A stretch of DNA of 64,000 nt from positions 62,001 through 126,000 of the forward strand of contig MCFE01000112.1 in assembly GCA_002104905.1 (NCBI GenBank), written 5' to 3'. This DNA is from Basidiobolus meristosporus CBS 931.73. Its lineage: Eukaryota; Fungi; Basidiobolomycota. A model generated the notes under the pieces. It was not told where the DNA came from and made no database searches. It saw only the letters and a program-made list of their open reading frames with translations. A program made the position numbers and the translations under genes. Below are positions 1-11,370 of the stretch, piece by piece (the first letter of the stretch is position 1; every line of letters starts with the position of its first letter).

Positions 1-138
1 TGTCTCAAATGTGAGACGACCTTGATATTACTTATATCAAAAATTTGATGATCACTGATTTGTGATGGCTCAATTTGGATCGCATAAAAAAAAGGTTGTC
101 GGGATCATTACAAATGTGAGCAATTCAAAGCAATCGCA

Positions 139-1380
139 TCATCTTCTCCTGGGTTTTTTTCTCACAGGGATTACTACTGAAGCATTTGGTAGTGACTCAC
201 TTTGCACACCTATACTACTTCCTGGCTGACTATCATCTTGGCTACTTGTGTATTTGTAGTCAGTATTTTGCCTCCTAGTTGATGAGTGCAATGCTGCAGC
301 TTGGCTGCGCTGAATCGCTCCAACTGAACCAACTGAGCCAACTGAACCGGCCTGTAGTGCCACGCGCTGACGCGTTCTTTTACTTGCCAAGGGCTCTGGT
401 GGTTGAGTCACTTCATGTTGGTCATCATCAGTCAGTTCACCAGAAGTAACTTGCTGATGGTCAGGCAAAACGGCACGCGCAGGCACGCCTTGAAGCGTTG
501 AGATGGCCCTTGGCTGAGCTTGATGTGATGCCGCATGTTGACGCGACTCGGTCCGCTCCAATGGACTTGTGTCTAAATGAGCAGTTTGGCGAGCTCTGGT
601 AGTTTTGCTCTGAAGCGCGCACGTTGACTTGACGCGGGGCGTTCTGGTAAAGGGTGTTGGCGTGGTCTGGACTGACGTGCGCCGGCGCGCTGTGGTTGCA
701 AGAGATGGTAGGGAATCCAGCAAGGCGTGCTGGCGCAATCTGGACAATGTTGCTTGCGGTCTGTATTCTTCCTCCTGAAGCTCACTATCTGATTCCTCAA
801 GGTATTCACTTACCCTCTGTCTGATACTTTGGAGCTGTTGCCTGGATGAGTCCTGTGTATATTGCTCTTGGAAGCCACTTAGCTCTACTAATATATCACG
901 TAGTACATTAGTCATTTGAGGCAAAAACTCATTCAAAATCTCTTTGGTTCCCAAAGTTGAGGCACAAACGGACGCGTCCGGCCCGTACTGTGCAAATTGC
1001 GCGCAAAATTGTTCCCGCGTGGCTTCCTCGTCAAATCCCCTCACTCTCAGCTCATTCTTGATTTCAATACTTGTCTTGTTATATATCTTTTTACATACAT
1101 TGGCTGGCATCTTGATGTAGAACTCATGCCACAGCTTTCTACTCAAATTCTTCCATCTTTGTCGACTCTCTGAGGTATCTAGTTTTGCTAGATTAATCAG
1201 TAGTGCCCAAATATCTGTATGAAGGCTCATCATAGACACTTGGGCCATACTAAAATCATTTGGCAAGAACTCGAACGGATCCAACATCAACTTTTCCGGT
1301 CCGGACCACGCTTGTGAGCTGGGGGATGGGTTTTGTCTGGGTTGTACTAAAGATGAGTTGAGGCTTGGTATGGGGACCAT
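139..1380 (-). CDS. Accessory ORF2 of the PHIS element, 413 aa, function unknown
   Basis: Uninterrupted 1.2-kb ORF head-to-head with the transposase and inside the TIR-bounded unit. Helical N-terminal half, acidic patch, S/T/Q/R-rich low-complexity C-terminal half, basic NLS-like end RKKPRRR. Decayed homolog at 57646-58865. Confidence 0.7.
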   Translation of the reverse strand: MVPIPSLNSSLVQPRQNPSPSSQAWSGPEKLMLDPFEFLPNDFSMAQVSMMSLHTDIWALLINLAKLDTSESRQRWKNLSRKLWHEFYIKMPANVCKKIYNKTSIEIKNELRVRGFDEEATREQFCAQFAQYGPDASVCASTLGTKEILNEFLPQMTNVLRDILVELSGFQEQYTQDSSRQQLQSIRQRVSEYLEESDSELQEEEYRPQATLSRLRQHALLDSLPSLATTARRRTSVQTTPTPFTRTPRVKSTCALQSKTTRARQTAHLDTSPLERTESRQHAASHQAQPRAISTLQGVPARAVLPDHQQVTSGELTDDDQHEVTQPPEPLASKRTRQRVALQAGSVGSVGSVGAIQRSQAAALHSSTRRQNTDYKYTSSQDDSQPGSSIGVQSESLPNASVVIPVRKKPRRR

Positions 1381-1739
1381 AGCAACGGATTTGGATACTT
1401 ATACAGCAGTATATTGGCATCAACCTGGTCTTATATGAAATATATATGAAAACTAAAGTGATTGTTGAATTTTCCATATATTATGCATGATGCATCTTGG
1501 ATTGCGTTGACACGGATCAGATCACATCAATCGCAGATTTCCTATTTGATTATAGACCTATGATTAAAGCATCAATAAAAGTACCAAGGCATTGTTTGCG
1601 GATGATTTTTGCAACATAATGATGGGATACATGGCAATTGATGGAGATTTAACCATAATGTGTTAAAAATCAGATAAATAACGCAGATTGCGCCAAATCA
1701 ATTCAAACCGCCACCATATGATCATCCATCAATTTTAAT

Positions 1740-2624
1740 ATGACTTACTCATCTGAATGGTCTTTTCTCATCAATCCTATCACTACCACTGGATTTCCTT
1801 TTGACACACTGGAGGAGATCTATTCCAAGTACTGTGGACCATCAACCCCAATCTACTCAAGGAGATCCCTTGTTAAGCTTCTCTGCTATTACAAGAACTA
1901 TTGCCCTACAAGGTTTCATCCCACCATCCATGGCAACAAAAGTCCTAGAAGCTTTCATTTCCAGCTGACAGCAATGGAGAACCACCTTGCAGAGGGTATG
2001 AATGACTTAGAGCAAGCTTGGAATACTAGGTTCAGAAGCTCCAATAGACTTCCATATCCCAGAGTGTTCAGCAACAGGTTCCATATCAGGAGTATTTTGG
2101 ATACCTTCCCAGTGAGGATTAACAGACCTTCTAGAGGGCAGAGACACTTTTATTCTGGCAAGTACAAGGCACACTGTGTGAAGTTTCAAGCACTGTCTGA
2201 CATTGAGGGTAACATCATCTGGTTTAGTGGGCCATTTGCTGGAAGTAGGCATGACAAAGCACTCTGGGTAGAGAATCATCCTGAATTCAGTAGAGGGGAG
2301 AAATGTATGGCAGACTTGGCCTATATAGGAGAGGATTGTCAGAGATTAGGATGTATTACAGCTTATAAGAAGCCAAGGAATGGTGTGCTTAGCAGGAAGC
2401 AGAAGCTCTACAATGAGATATTTAATCATTTCAGAGTAAGGGTAGAGCACACATTTGGATATCTGAAGAGATTCAGCATATTGGCAGGTAAATACAGAGG
2501 AAAGTCATATATAGGAGAAAACAGCAGAATAGGTAAAATAGTTAAGATACTTATCAATGCACAGTATGTTCATACAAGAAGACATCCACTGAGAGAAATG
2601 TGTCTGGAGCATTATGAAGAGTAA
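1740..2624 (+). CDS. DDE transposase, DDE_Tnp_4 / IS5-PIF-Harbinger-ISL2EU type, 294 aa, apparently intact
   Basis: Motifs SILDTF (D121), YSGKYKAHCVKFQ, GPFAGSRHD, MADLAY (D192) and RVRVEHTFGYLKRFSIL (E236) match the family pattern; helical N-terminus LVKLLCYYKNY. Confidence 0.88.
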   Translation: MTYSSEWSFLINPITTTGFPFDTLEEIYSKYCGPSTPIYSRRSLVKLLCYYKNYCPTRFHPTIHGNKSPRSFHFQLTAMENHLAEGMNDLEQAWNTRFRSSNRLPYPRVFSNRFHIRSILDTFPVRINRPSRGQRHFYSGKYKAHCVKFQALSDIEGNIIWFSGPFAGSRHDKALWVENHPEFSRGEKCMADLAYIGEDCQRLGCITAYKKPRNGVLSRKQKLYNEIFNHFRVRVEHTFGYLKRFSILAGKYRGKSYIGENSRIGKIVKILINAQYVHTRRHPLREMCLEHYEE

Positions 2625-2689
2625 ATAAAGCAAGGAAAGCACTATTCTGAGCAACATAAATAAGATTGAGTAAAATTACCAGTAACTGT

Positions 2690-2807
2690 ATCATACCACT
2701 GGCATCATGGTAGAAATTATAGTGCCAGATAGTGCCGTAGAGTGCCAGATCAATCCGGCACTATAAACCGGCTGGCACTATGTGGCACTATCCAACGGAA
2801 CAAGTCT
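2690..2807. repeat. Right TIR and subterminal GTGCC/GGCAC motif cluster of the PHIS element
   Basis: Three AGTGCC motifs followed by three GGCACT motifs, then the TIR. The same end occurs at 59750-59857 and, reversed, at 15554-15680. Confidence 0.85.
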
Positions 2808-3313
2808 ATTATCTGCTCATCCTGTTTCTGGACTATATCCTGATTTCTTTGGGCCATTGCATCTATCCTATGAGCCGCTGCACCTAATTGCTTCATTAAT
2901 GCTTTGGTATGAGCTGACAGCATACTTGCTAATATGGGTGGTGGTGATGTTATCAGGACCACTTGCTGATCTTTAACTGTGGGTACTGCGTTTGCTACAT
3001 TCTCATCTGCCTAAGCATAACAGTTAGCTTGTGGCTCTGCAGAGGTTCTCAATTGCCTACTCAACTGAGAGCCTGAGGAGTCTGCATTATTACCTTCCAT
3101 GGGCACACTTTCCACAGGGCCTTTTTTGGATGTAGCCCTGCTTGTTGCACTGAATGTCAAAGCTAGCTGTTGCCCAACTGTTCTTCTGTTGCTGTCAGCA
3201 GTGGGGTTTGGTTGAGAACAAGACAACTTTGTTTTTTTTTGGTGGAATATATATGGAAGTGAGTCAAGCCAAAGCGGAAATAGTGCTACGTATACATGTG
3301 TATGTAGTGCCAC
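2808..3313 (-). pseudogene. Remnant of a divergent accessory ORF belonging to the CACTA-like element (coiled-coil-like segment), truncated by the PHIS TIR
   Basis: Minus-strand ORF pieces 3011-3313 and 2750-2962 (ALMKQLGAAAHRIDAMAQRNQDIVQKQDEQII) match 60379-60675 and 60137-60373. Confidence 0.5.
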
Positions 3314-3470
3314 AACTTTGTTTATAATGCTTACTATGGCAGGTTTTCACTGAATCTTACATTTATGTAGGTGCAATGTCTCAAATACAAGACTATCTTA
3401 AGTTCACACAAGTATTGACCAAAAAGCAATATAATAGCATCATGTTGTTGAAGGTCAAACTGTTTGCCCC

Positions 3471-6161
3471 ATGGACAAGTCTACTTTGACACAACACCGT
3501 AAGAGAAGAGAAAAAAGACCATGTGGCTATTGTGGCAAGCCTCTCAGCCATGAAGCACGCATACAGCATAGGAATTATTACAAGGATCATGGCCAGTGTT
3601 TTGCCACCCAAGTCATATTTGATCATTCATTGGTCACTACTGTACTAACATTATCTTGCTGGCCAGCTGATACTTCTATATTGGCACCTGGCCATCTTTG
3701 TCACCTTGCACAAGCTGAGTCAGGTGGGTTTGTAACGCCTTTAGGCTCACCTCAGCCTTCTGAATATGGCACACAGAGTGATAGCTCTGACAAAGAAAGC
3801 TCACAGATGAATTTTGAGCCTGTCTCCCCCAACAACAGTACCACCTATGAGCCTGGTCAAATCCCTATATGCAATGAGACAACACTCATTGAAACAAATG
3901 CCAAGGATACATAATGGAGCCAAGTGAGCCCAGTGATCCATCTACTGGTGAATGATGTAATGTTGTGGCTAGAGAAGTGGTGTGTTTCCACTGATATCAG
4001 TAATGGGGGCTTTGAGGATTTATTACTACTTCTTGCCAAAATCATACCAGGATGCAGCTTACCATGTACATGGTACAAGTGGGCAACTGTCATGTGGCTG
4101 GCAATATATGATCCAAAGACTGTCCTGATTCCAGCATGTGTTAACAGTTGCATGGCATTCACATCCAAAAACACTACCATTGTAATGTGTCCCAATTGTC
4201 AGGAATCCACCACCATTGAGGGAAAACATTGTTTACACTCCGGATATATTTTGGTCATACTCTGTCTGAGGAAGCTCATGCAGTCCAATAAATATTGCAA
4301 AGCTATACACTACTGCACTCAGTATCAATCCAGTGCAAACATATCCAATATATTTAATGGCAAACACTACACCCAGCTAAGAAGCAAGGGCTACTTTGAA
4401 GGTATGTATGACCATGCCCTTGCTTTAGCACTTAATGGATTCTCATTAAGCAAGTACTCTACCAGCACACCTTGCTGGCCACAGATTCTCATAAATCTGA
4501 ATCTGCCACCCATCTTACAGTATCAGTGCAATAATCTGATGGTAGTCTCACTGGTATCTGGCCTAAATCACCATCTAACCTGGATAGCTACCTATATCAA
4601 TTGCTAGATGAGTTTTGTATACTTTTCAGTGGGATAATGGTAAGTGGCTGTCATGTAAAAGCGCATATTATTATCTGCATTGGAGGTACCCCAGCTATCA
4701 GCAAGATAGCAGGTTTTTCCAGGCACAATGGATGGTATTGCTGTTGAACGTGTGAGATCTAAGGGAATAACTCCACAACTCACACACATTATTATTACCC
4801 AAGCACCAGCACTAAGAACATCATCTCTCCACAGAGAGAACTTACACAAGTAAGCATGCAGTTGCAGCAAAGTTGTTGAGCTATATGTCATTGGCTGGAA
4901 TATGGAATCAATTGGAAACCAGAAAATACTTAAGATAGAGGGTATCTGTTGTAGCAAAAGCTTTCTACTGGTAGCAATGCATTTTATTTTCAACAATATC
5001 CGTATACTGATGACCAAGTTGTACATAGGGCATTTCAAGCTAAATGAGCCCTTTGAGATACCTGAGAAATTTGAAAGAATTGGCAAGATATTGCAGAGCA
5101 TATGCTACACTAAGTACTTCTCACGGGCTCCAATTAGTATTCATATGCATATGCAACAATACAAATGCAAAGACTGGATGAACTAGATATGTATATATTC
5201 AAGTGGTGTTCTGAAGCCATTCCCACCAAGATTAAATTGGAAGCACTGGGAGTCATATGTGGACATTGTAGGAATATATATCCAGAAGCAGATCACCAAT
5301 ACCAACTTGATGCATCTACAGCTGTTGTGTGAGGAGTTTGTAATGCAATTTCAGCAGCTATACTACAAACAAAAAGCTGAAGGTGTAGATCTCTGCTGCT
5401 ACTGTATCCATTCTCTACTTCATCTTGCACAGTGTGTGGAGAATATTGGGCCTTGCTTCACCTTTTGGGAGTTTCCTATGGAGCAGATGTTTGGGGAGAT
5501 AGGAAGACAAGTCAAGTTGCAGGTACTACCATATCCCATTCTCATCAAGAATAGTACCTTCAAGTCCATCATGGATGTGATGAGTTGGCACATGGAGGAC
5601 AGCCAGCAAGAGTTGGAGAATACTGAGGACAAATGTGTTCATGGAGACACCTATGCCTATGGCATTGAGAAGCTAAGCAGCCCAATGTGTGGGTAATCAG
5701 TCAAGTAATGCAAAGTTGGGTTGGGTGCAACAAGCAACTAGTTTTTATCAGGAAAACTCCACCAAGATATGCCAGATTTCTTGTGGTCACAAGCCAACTT
5801 CTACACAATTCAATACAGAACTCACATAAACAAAAGCTAGAGCGCATATTTAAGGGGGACTAGAATCCAGCAGGGAGAAGAAATATATTGGCCAAATGCC
5901 AAGTAGTTCTTTGTGGATATTCAGGAGGTATTCAAGGCAGAAGTGGCAACAACCAAGCATATGTATGCAAGATGTATATGTTACCAGCAGTACAAGGTAT
6001 ATGGCAGCTTTGCAAGTATCTCACCAAAAAGCCTTAAAGTTGAGGTGATAGAAGTATGTCAATTGCAGCAGGTGTGCATGTTAGTAGAGGTTAGTAAGCA
6101 GGAGGCCATAGTTTCTTTTGATTCAAACTATATGTGGAATACCCAAGGAAGTAGTGGGTAA
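3471..6161 (+). pseudogene. CACTA/EnSpm (Tnp2, Transposase_21-like) transposase pseudogene, copy 1
   Basis: Fragments with CVNSC..F..CPNC, NIFNGKHY..L, ALALNGF, CWP..INLNLPP, LLDAMH-like, K.KDW, IHSLLHL, GPCFTFWEFPMEQMFGEIGRQVK; many stops and frameshifts. Confidence 0.8.
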
Positions 6162-6570
6162 GCAAATAAAGAAAGGCGATTCTACAGTGGAATATATGAA
6201 TTGCACAAGGGGAGGTGGAAAAAGGAAATACCATTTGATGAATTGGTACAGTAGCATTATACAGTACCAGCAGTAGGCCGTCATACTGCCAATATAATGC
6301 TATCAGAGTCTTGCTGTGAGGCTATCAAAATACTGTCAAGTTGCCTGCCATATAAGACAACTGGATTCACTTAAAATAGTTACAGAGTGCTGAGAGACTG
6401 CAACAAATCCATGCAAATATTGTTACAGCACCAACAAAATATTGTCAAGTTTTATTGCTTTATTTGGCTGTAAAATTAACAAGACACCGTCATGATCTTG
6501 TCATAAGATTGTTAGGAGGGTCACTAAGTCCAATCTGTTGTTATTATGACGGTCTCTAAGCAGGATCTCA

Positions 6571-9550
6571 ATGGCTGATGTGGATTGGATCCACCTGCAA
6601 GACCAAATTATTTTTCATAGGGAACAGTACAAACATCAATTTGAGCCAACCAGAGAACTCAAGAATATATTTGAGAGCAAATATTACAAAGAGCTGAAGA
6701 GTAAGGGCTGGCTTGAAGATATGTATCACAATGCTTTTGCCTTGGCACTTGATAGATTCTCAGCAAACAAGTATGGCACCAACAACTCTTGCTAGCTGCT
6801 TATTCTCATCAATTTGAATTTGTGGCTAATATTAAGGTATCAGAGCAGAAAACTGGTTAGAGTGTCACTGATATATGTTCCAAAATAATTATACAACCCT
6901 GATAGCTTCTCACACCCATTATTAGCAGAATTACAAATACTCTTTCACAGTAAACCGTTGGATAGCCAATAGGATAAAGCACATATTGTGCTTGGCATTG
7001 GGGAAACACAAGCAGCTAGCAGGTTTGGCAGATTTTCTGGGCACATTGAATGAAATTACTGACAAATGTATGGGATGCAGGGAGTCTATTCCATCATACA
7101 GACACACTAGTACATTCCAAACATCTATACCTGGAACATATTCCTGCCTCAAAAGGAATGTACAGAGATTGGTATGCAAATGCAAGAATGCTGGCAAGAG
7201 ATCTGTCAAGTGTCATGGTATGAAATCAGCCAAGAGCAGATATATTAACCATGGAGGGAATCAGTAGGAGTAAAAGCTTTCTATCAGCAATAATTCATTT
7301 GCAATTCAAGATCATTTCAACACTAAAGATAAAGCTTTACCAGGGGAAATATGGCATAAATGAACTGCTTGAAATCCCAGCAAAATTTAAAAGGATTGTC
7401 AAGCTGCTGCATTGCATTAATTACTCAATGTACTTCACATGGGTGCCTTTCAATATTGATATGCATATTTGACAAAGGAAATATGAAGACTGGTGGGACC
7501 ATATATGGATTTGTAATACTGGTCTTCTAAAGCTGTATCCTACAACAGCACACTGGAAGCATTAAGAGTTCTATGTAGATATTGTAGGGACATTCATCCA
7601 GAAGCAACTAACCAACTCTAACTTTATCCATATACAGTTACTATATGAGGAGTTTGTAGTGAGATTTGAATGGCTCTTTTGCCAGCACTAGGAGAACATA
7701 TAGATATATGCTGCTCTGGTATTCATTCTCTGTTACACCTGGCAAAGTATGGAGTGACTATAGTGCCATGTTTCCCATTCTGCTAGTTTTCTAAGGAGCA
7801 GATATGTGGGGACTTAGGATAAAGAGTTAAGTTGCAGGTACTCCCATCTAAAAACCTGATCAAGAGTAGCATATCAACATCTCTGATAAATGTGATGAGT
7901 TGGCATGTATAAAGTGGCGGTGTGGTGGTTTATAAGTCTAAGGGGAGAAATACTTCCAACACTCCTCAAGTGTTTTTGTGTGGGGTGTTCACTGGGTGCA
8001 ATGACCACTGGCAAAAGCTTGCTAGGAATACTTGGGTTCTGTCTCTAATCTAATGTGATGGGGCATAAAGCCACAAGCTTGTCAAGGGAAAACTATTGTG
8101 CTACATTCCCCAACTTAGTTGGTGTCTTAACAAAAGTATGTGCTGGGTTCAGCGTCCTTTGAGATGACAATGTACTAAAGCTTCCAAAGTCAAAACAACT
8201 GTAAAGTCCACCAGCAGGGACTTGATAAGAATACAGCTGTGGTCAATTGTAACAAAGACAGAAGAGTATCCTTGCCTGCACAAGAACAAACTTGGAAAAG
8301 AATCAAATTTAATAAAAGATACCTACTCCAAGTATTCCTCACAAGTAGTGCCTCCAAGGTCAGTTGGCTGTCAGCGCAGTCTCCTGGCAGTGTCCTGTGG
8401 TCTGGGGTTGGAAGTTCAGGTAGCAGCAGGTAGCAGTGATCACACTAATCAACAAGTAGGTATATTGATAAAAGGGATAATGATTTATTGTTGAGGGATA
8501 GCCTCCCTTATATACTTTTCTCACTGGCTAAGTGAATACTAATTATGGTGTTCTAGAAGGTTCTGGATATCAATAGATATCTTAATCACATCAGAATGAC
8601 CTAAGAAAGCTCTAAGTATGTGCTGGAAGGTTCTAAGAGGCAGTTCACATCCAGCCAATCAGAAATCAGTATTATGAAACCTGTGTGATATAAGGATACC
8701 ATATATGGTACGGAAGTGGTAGGGATGGTGACATGGATTGATCATGTGTCACAGGTACTGGTGTGGGTACTTGCCTAATATAGAAGCACTTATAGCTAGG
8801 AATTTTACATAAAGTGGGGGATAACTTATGCAATAAAGTATGCAGCTGTGAAAGTAAGCCGGCTTATGGGATAGTACTGATCAAGTAAGACAAATGAAAT
8901 AATATTAGAATAAGGGTATTAGAGAAATAAGGAAGTAGTAAATAAAGGAATGAGTACATCTGTCAGTAGGTGTCACTATGACCCCACTACAGCAGAGAAG
9001 AAATAGAAGTACACAAACACAAGTGCACACATGGAGAGATATCTGAAGCTGAGATAAAAAGACTAGTTTTCCAAATGCACGGATAACAAGTGGAGCCAGT
9101 CAATGCTACTTATGTTGGTACCATTGATTAATTTATTTCTAGGAAGCATCTGGTCAGTATTCCAGATATTTTCTGCACACAAGCAGAATACTACACCTTT
9201 GCTATGGTATTCACCAAACAGAGAGGGGAAATAGCAACTGGAGGGAAACAAAGTCCATCAGGGAGAAGGATCATATTGGCTGAAAACCAACAAGTACTTT
9301 GTGGATATCAATGAGCAAATTATAGCAGAGGTGGCCAATACAGAGCATATGCTTGCTAAGTGCTTATGCTACCAACCAAATGATGAATATGGTGGCTCTG
9401 AATTCATCAAATTGAAATACTAGCTGGTGGAGACAATAGAAGTATACCAACAGCAGCAGGTATATGTGCATGCAAAGTGAAATGCAAAGGATGCAATAGT
9501 ATTCTTTGATTTCAACTCAATGTGGAGTATACATGGTACATATGGGTAAG
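6571..9550 (+). pseudogene. Diverged CACTA/Tnp2 transposase pseudogene, copy 2, split by a solo LTR
   Basis: NIFESKYYKELKSKG..ALALDRF, KYEDWW and VDIVGTFIQKQL motifs are colinear with copy 1. Homology stops at 7920 and resumes at 8992, matching about 5600-6170. Confidence 0.7.
7921..8991 (-). mobile_element. Solo LTR (1,071 bp), related to 61098-61901 in opposite orientation; strand is relative
   Basis: TGTGGTGG...CCACTACA termini; 4-bp flanks GCGG / GCAG (one CpG-type change); interrupts a colinear CACTA ORF. Confidence 0.75.
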
Positions 9551-9882
9551 ACAGATAGACAAAATATCTATACCCAAATATACAATTTGAGTGGTTTTAG
9601 CTGATTCCCTACAATAAATTTCTAACTTGGATTTTTTCTTTTACTTGAAATTATTCAGCTGGCATTTAGGTGAGATTCAGCCAATGAATTTCATTAAGTT
9701 TTTAAGATGCTTTTGACTCTGGGAACAGCAATCTAATAGTCACCCAAGTTGGTATGAGGGCTCATGTGATAAAAGTCCTTCCATATGATATATCCACATA
9801 TTCTCAAAGTGGCTGTAATCCTAAATATTGAAAGTTGTAACTTACAGCAGGCTTCAATTTCATATGGTGTTAAGCTGGCATC

Positions 9883-11127
9883 TGTTGTGTTGTATTATGA
9901 TTAGTTTGGGGCTTGTTCTACAATGTAGAGGCTAATCTACAATATACAACAACTTCCAGTATGCTAGTACTGAAATGGCTTACTGGGAGTTTGATATCCC
10001 AATAGAAGATATAACTTGCACTAATATCCTCAATCTTGGGCTCAGAATATACTATAGGCAATGTTATTTCACTTCTATAGCAGTGTTCTGACCTTCTGTT
10101 GACTATTGGGCTTATTTACTTTTATAGTAACTTTCCCTAATTTGGAAGTTACTTTCCTTTCTGAGAAAACATTTCCTTATTTGGAAATTCTGAACTCCCC
10201 TTTAACCAAAAGGGGTGTGGTGTAGAAGACTCAAAAGGGGACTTTAGACCTAAAGGGGTGTCTAAAGGGGTGTCTGTAGAGTAAAGGGGCTTGTTACAGT
10301 GGTCTCTACAGTAGACTTTACACTAAAGGGGTGCCTAAAGGGGCTTCTTTAGAGTAAAGGGGTTTCTTAAAGGGGTCTCTAAAGGGTTCTTTAGACTGAA
10401 GGGGGGTCTAAAGGGGTGTCTTTAGAGTAAAGGGGTTTCTTAGAGTTGACGTTTCCAACAGAAAAGTGGTAGTTTTCTTGTAGAACTTAGCTTGGATTCT
10501 TGTGAGTTTTGCAGTCTCTTTACTGATGTAGTACCAATCAAAGTCTAATACTCAACAGTGCAAGTGATGCAGGGGAAGTCTTAAGACCTGTAAACTTGTA
10601 ATTGTAGTGTGGAGATTCTGGAAAGAGAGGCTCTCTTTGATTTTTTCAGCTGGGGAAGTTATATACATGAAAATTCTGAAGGATCAAAGTTTTTGGGCAA
10701 TTGCGCAAGCAATACACATGACACAAAGCTAAAATTTTGCCATGGCGCAGATTGGACTTAGGCGCAGCACCTGTGAAAATATCATGTGATTCAATTGGCT
10801 GGTTCGAAAGTTACAAGCAATTGAAGTCACCATAGTAATCTTAGCAATAGAAGCCTAATGTATATGGTTATCACACTCTTTTGGTGATTACTCCTTAAGT
10901 ACTGCTTCAATTGAGCTGTAATTTGAAACATGTGTTGGCTGCTGAGTGTTCTGCATGACATAATACTCTTGGGTGGATTGCCTGTCAGGGTCTGTAGCTT
11001 TTGTCCTTCAAAGTTTGAAATTCTTGATCTTTCACTTGTGTGTTACAATAGCAAAAAGCAAAATAAAGAAATTAGTGCAATATAGGTTTTGAGATATTGT
11101 AGTAATGGAATACTTTCCATTACCACA
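9883..11127 (-). mobile_element. Solo LTR (1,245 bp) with internal G-rich minisatellite; reverse copy of 50556-51797; strand is relative
   Basis: TGTTGTG...TACCACA termini with a perfect 4-bp TSD CATC/CATC; the flanks rejoin into sequence seen uninterrupted near 44600-44680. Confidence 0.85.
10205..10445 (+). repeat. Irregular minisatellite, core TAAAGGGG, 12-13 bp units
   Basis: Many TAAAGGGG(T/C) cores; reverse complement at 51233-51485. Confidence 0.9.
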
Positions 11128-11370
11128 CATCTTGCTGGCCTTCATCAAATATTCTTCATAGGGCATTGATAGTGAAAAGTGCTGATGAAGTAGTCAACCA
11201 TCATTGTAATAGCAATATAGCTAGGGTGCAATAAGGGCGCTGAAGAGCTGAGAGTATGTTGCTGAGTTTTTCCCCAAAAATGGGAGTTGCAACATTACAG
11301 ACATCTATAAAGTCTCAAGAGTATATGATAGGGTTGTCATGGGTCCAATGACATACTGTAAGTTACTAAT

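Larger units (their letters stand above)
1..2807 (+). mobile_element. PHIS-superfamily (PIF/Harbinger/ISL2EU; Pangu-like) two-ORF DNA transposon, copy A; left end lies outside the window
   Basis: Contains the transposase ORF and a divergent ORF. Ends in ...GGCACTATCCAACGGAACAAGTCT followed by ATT (2808-2810). Colinear with TIR-bounded copy B at 56903-59857 (position 1 aligns with 57508). Confidence 0.85.

Noticed and set aside
1-18. Short hairpin TGTCTCA-AATG-TGAGAC as an element end
   Set aside because: Copy B shows it is internal, about 600 bp from the left TIR and downstream of ORF2; no function can be supported.
6170-6570. CACTA terminal inverted repeat (CTACAGTG near 6182)
   Set aside because: No matching partner end or TSD, and it is not shared by the second copy.
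10205-10445. Interstitial telomere or telomerase-added repeat
   Set aside because: The units are irregular TAAAGGGG, not TTAGGG-type, and sit at the same position inside both LTR copies.
11098-11135. Helitron 3' hairpin
   Set aside because: The hairpin lies at a TG...CA terminus with a perfect 4-bp TSD in both copies, which is LTR behaviour; there is no CTRR end.
9860-11150. Ubiquitin-specific protease from the QQDA motif
   Set aside because: No Cys or His box was found, the following residues do not fit QQDAxEF, and an alternative frame is equally conserved.
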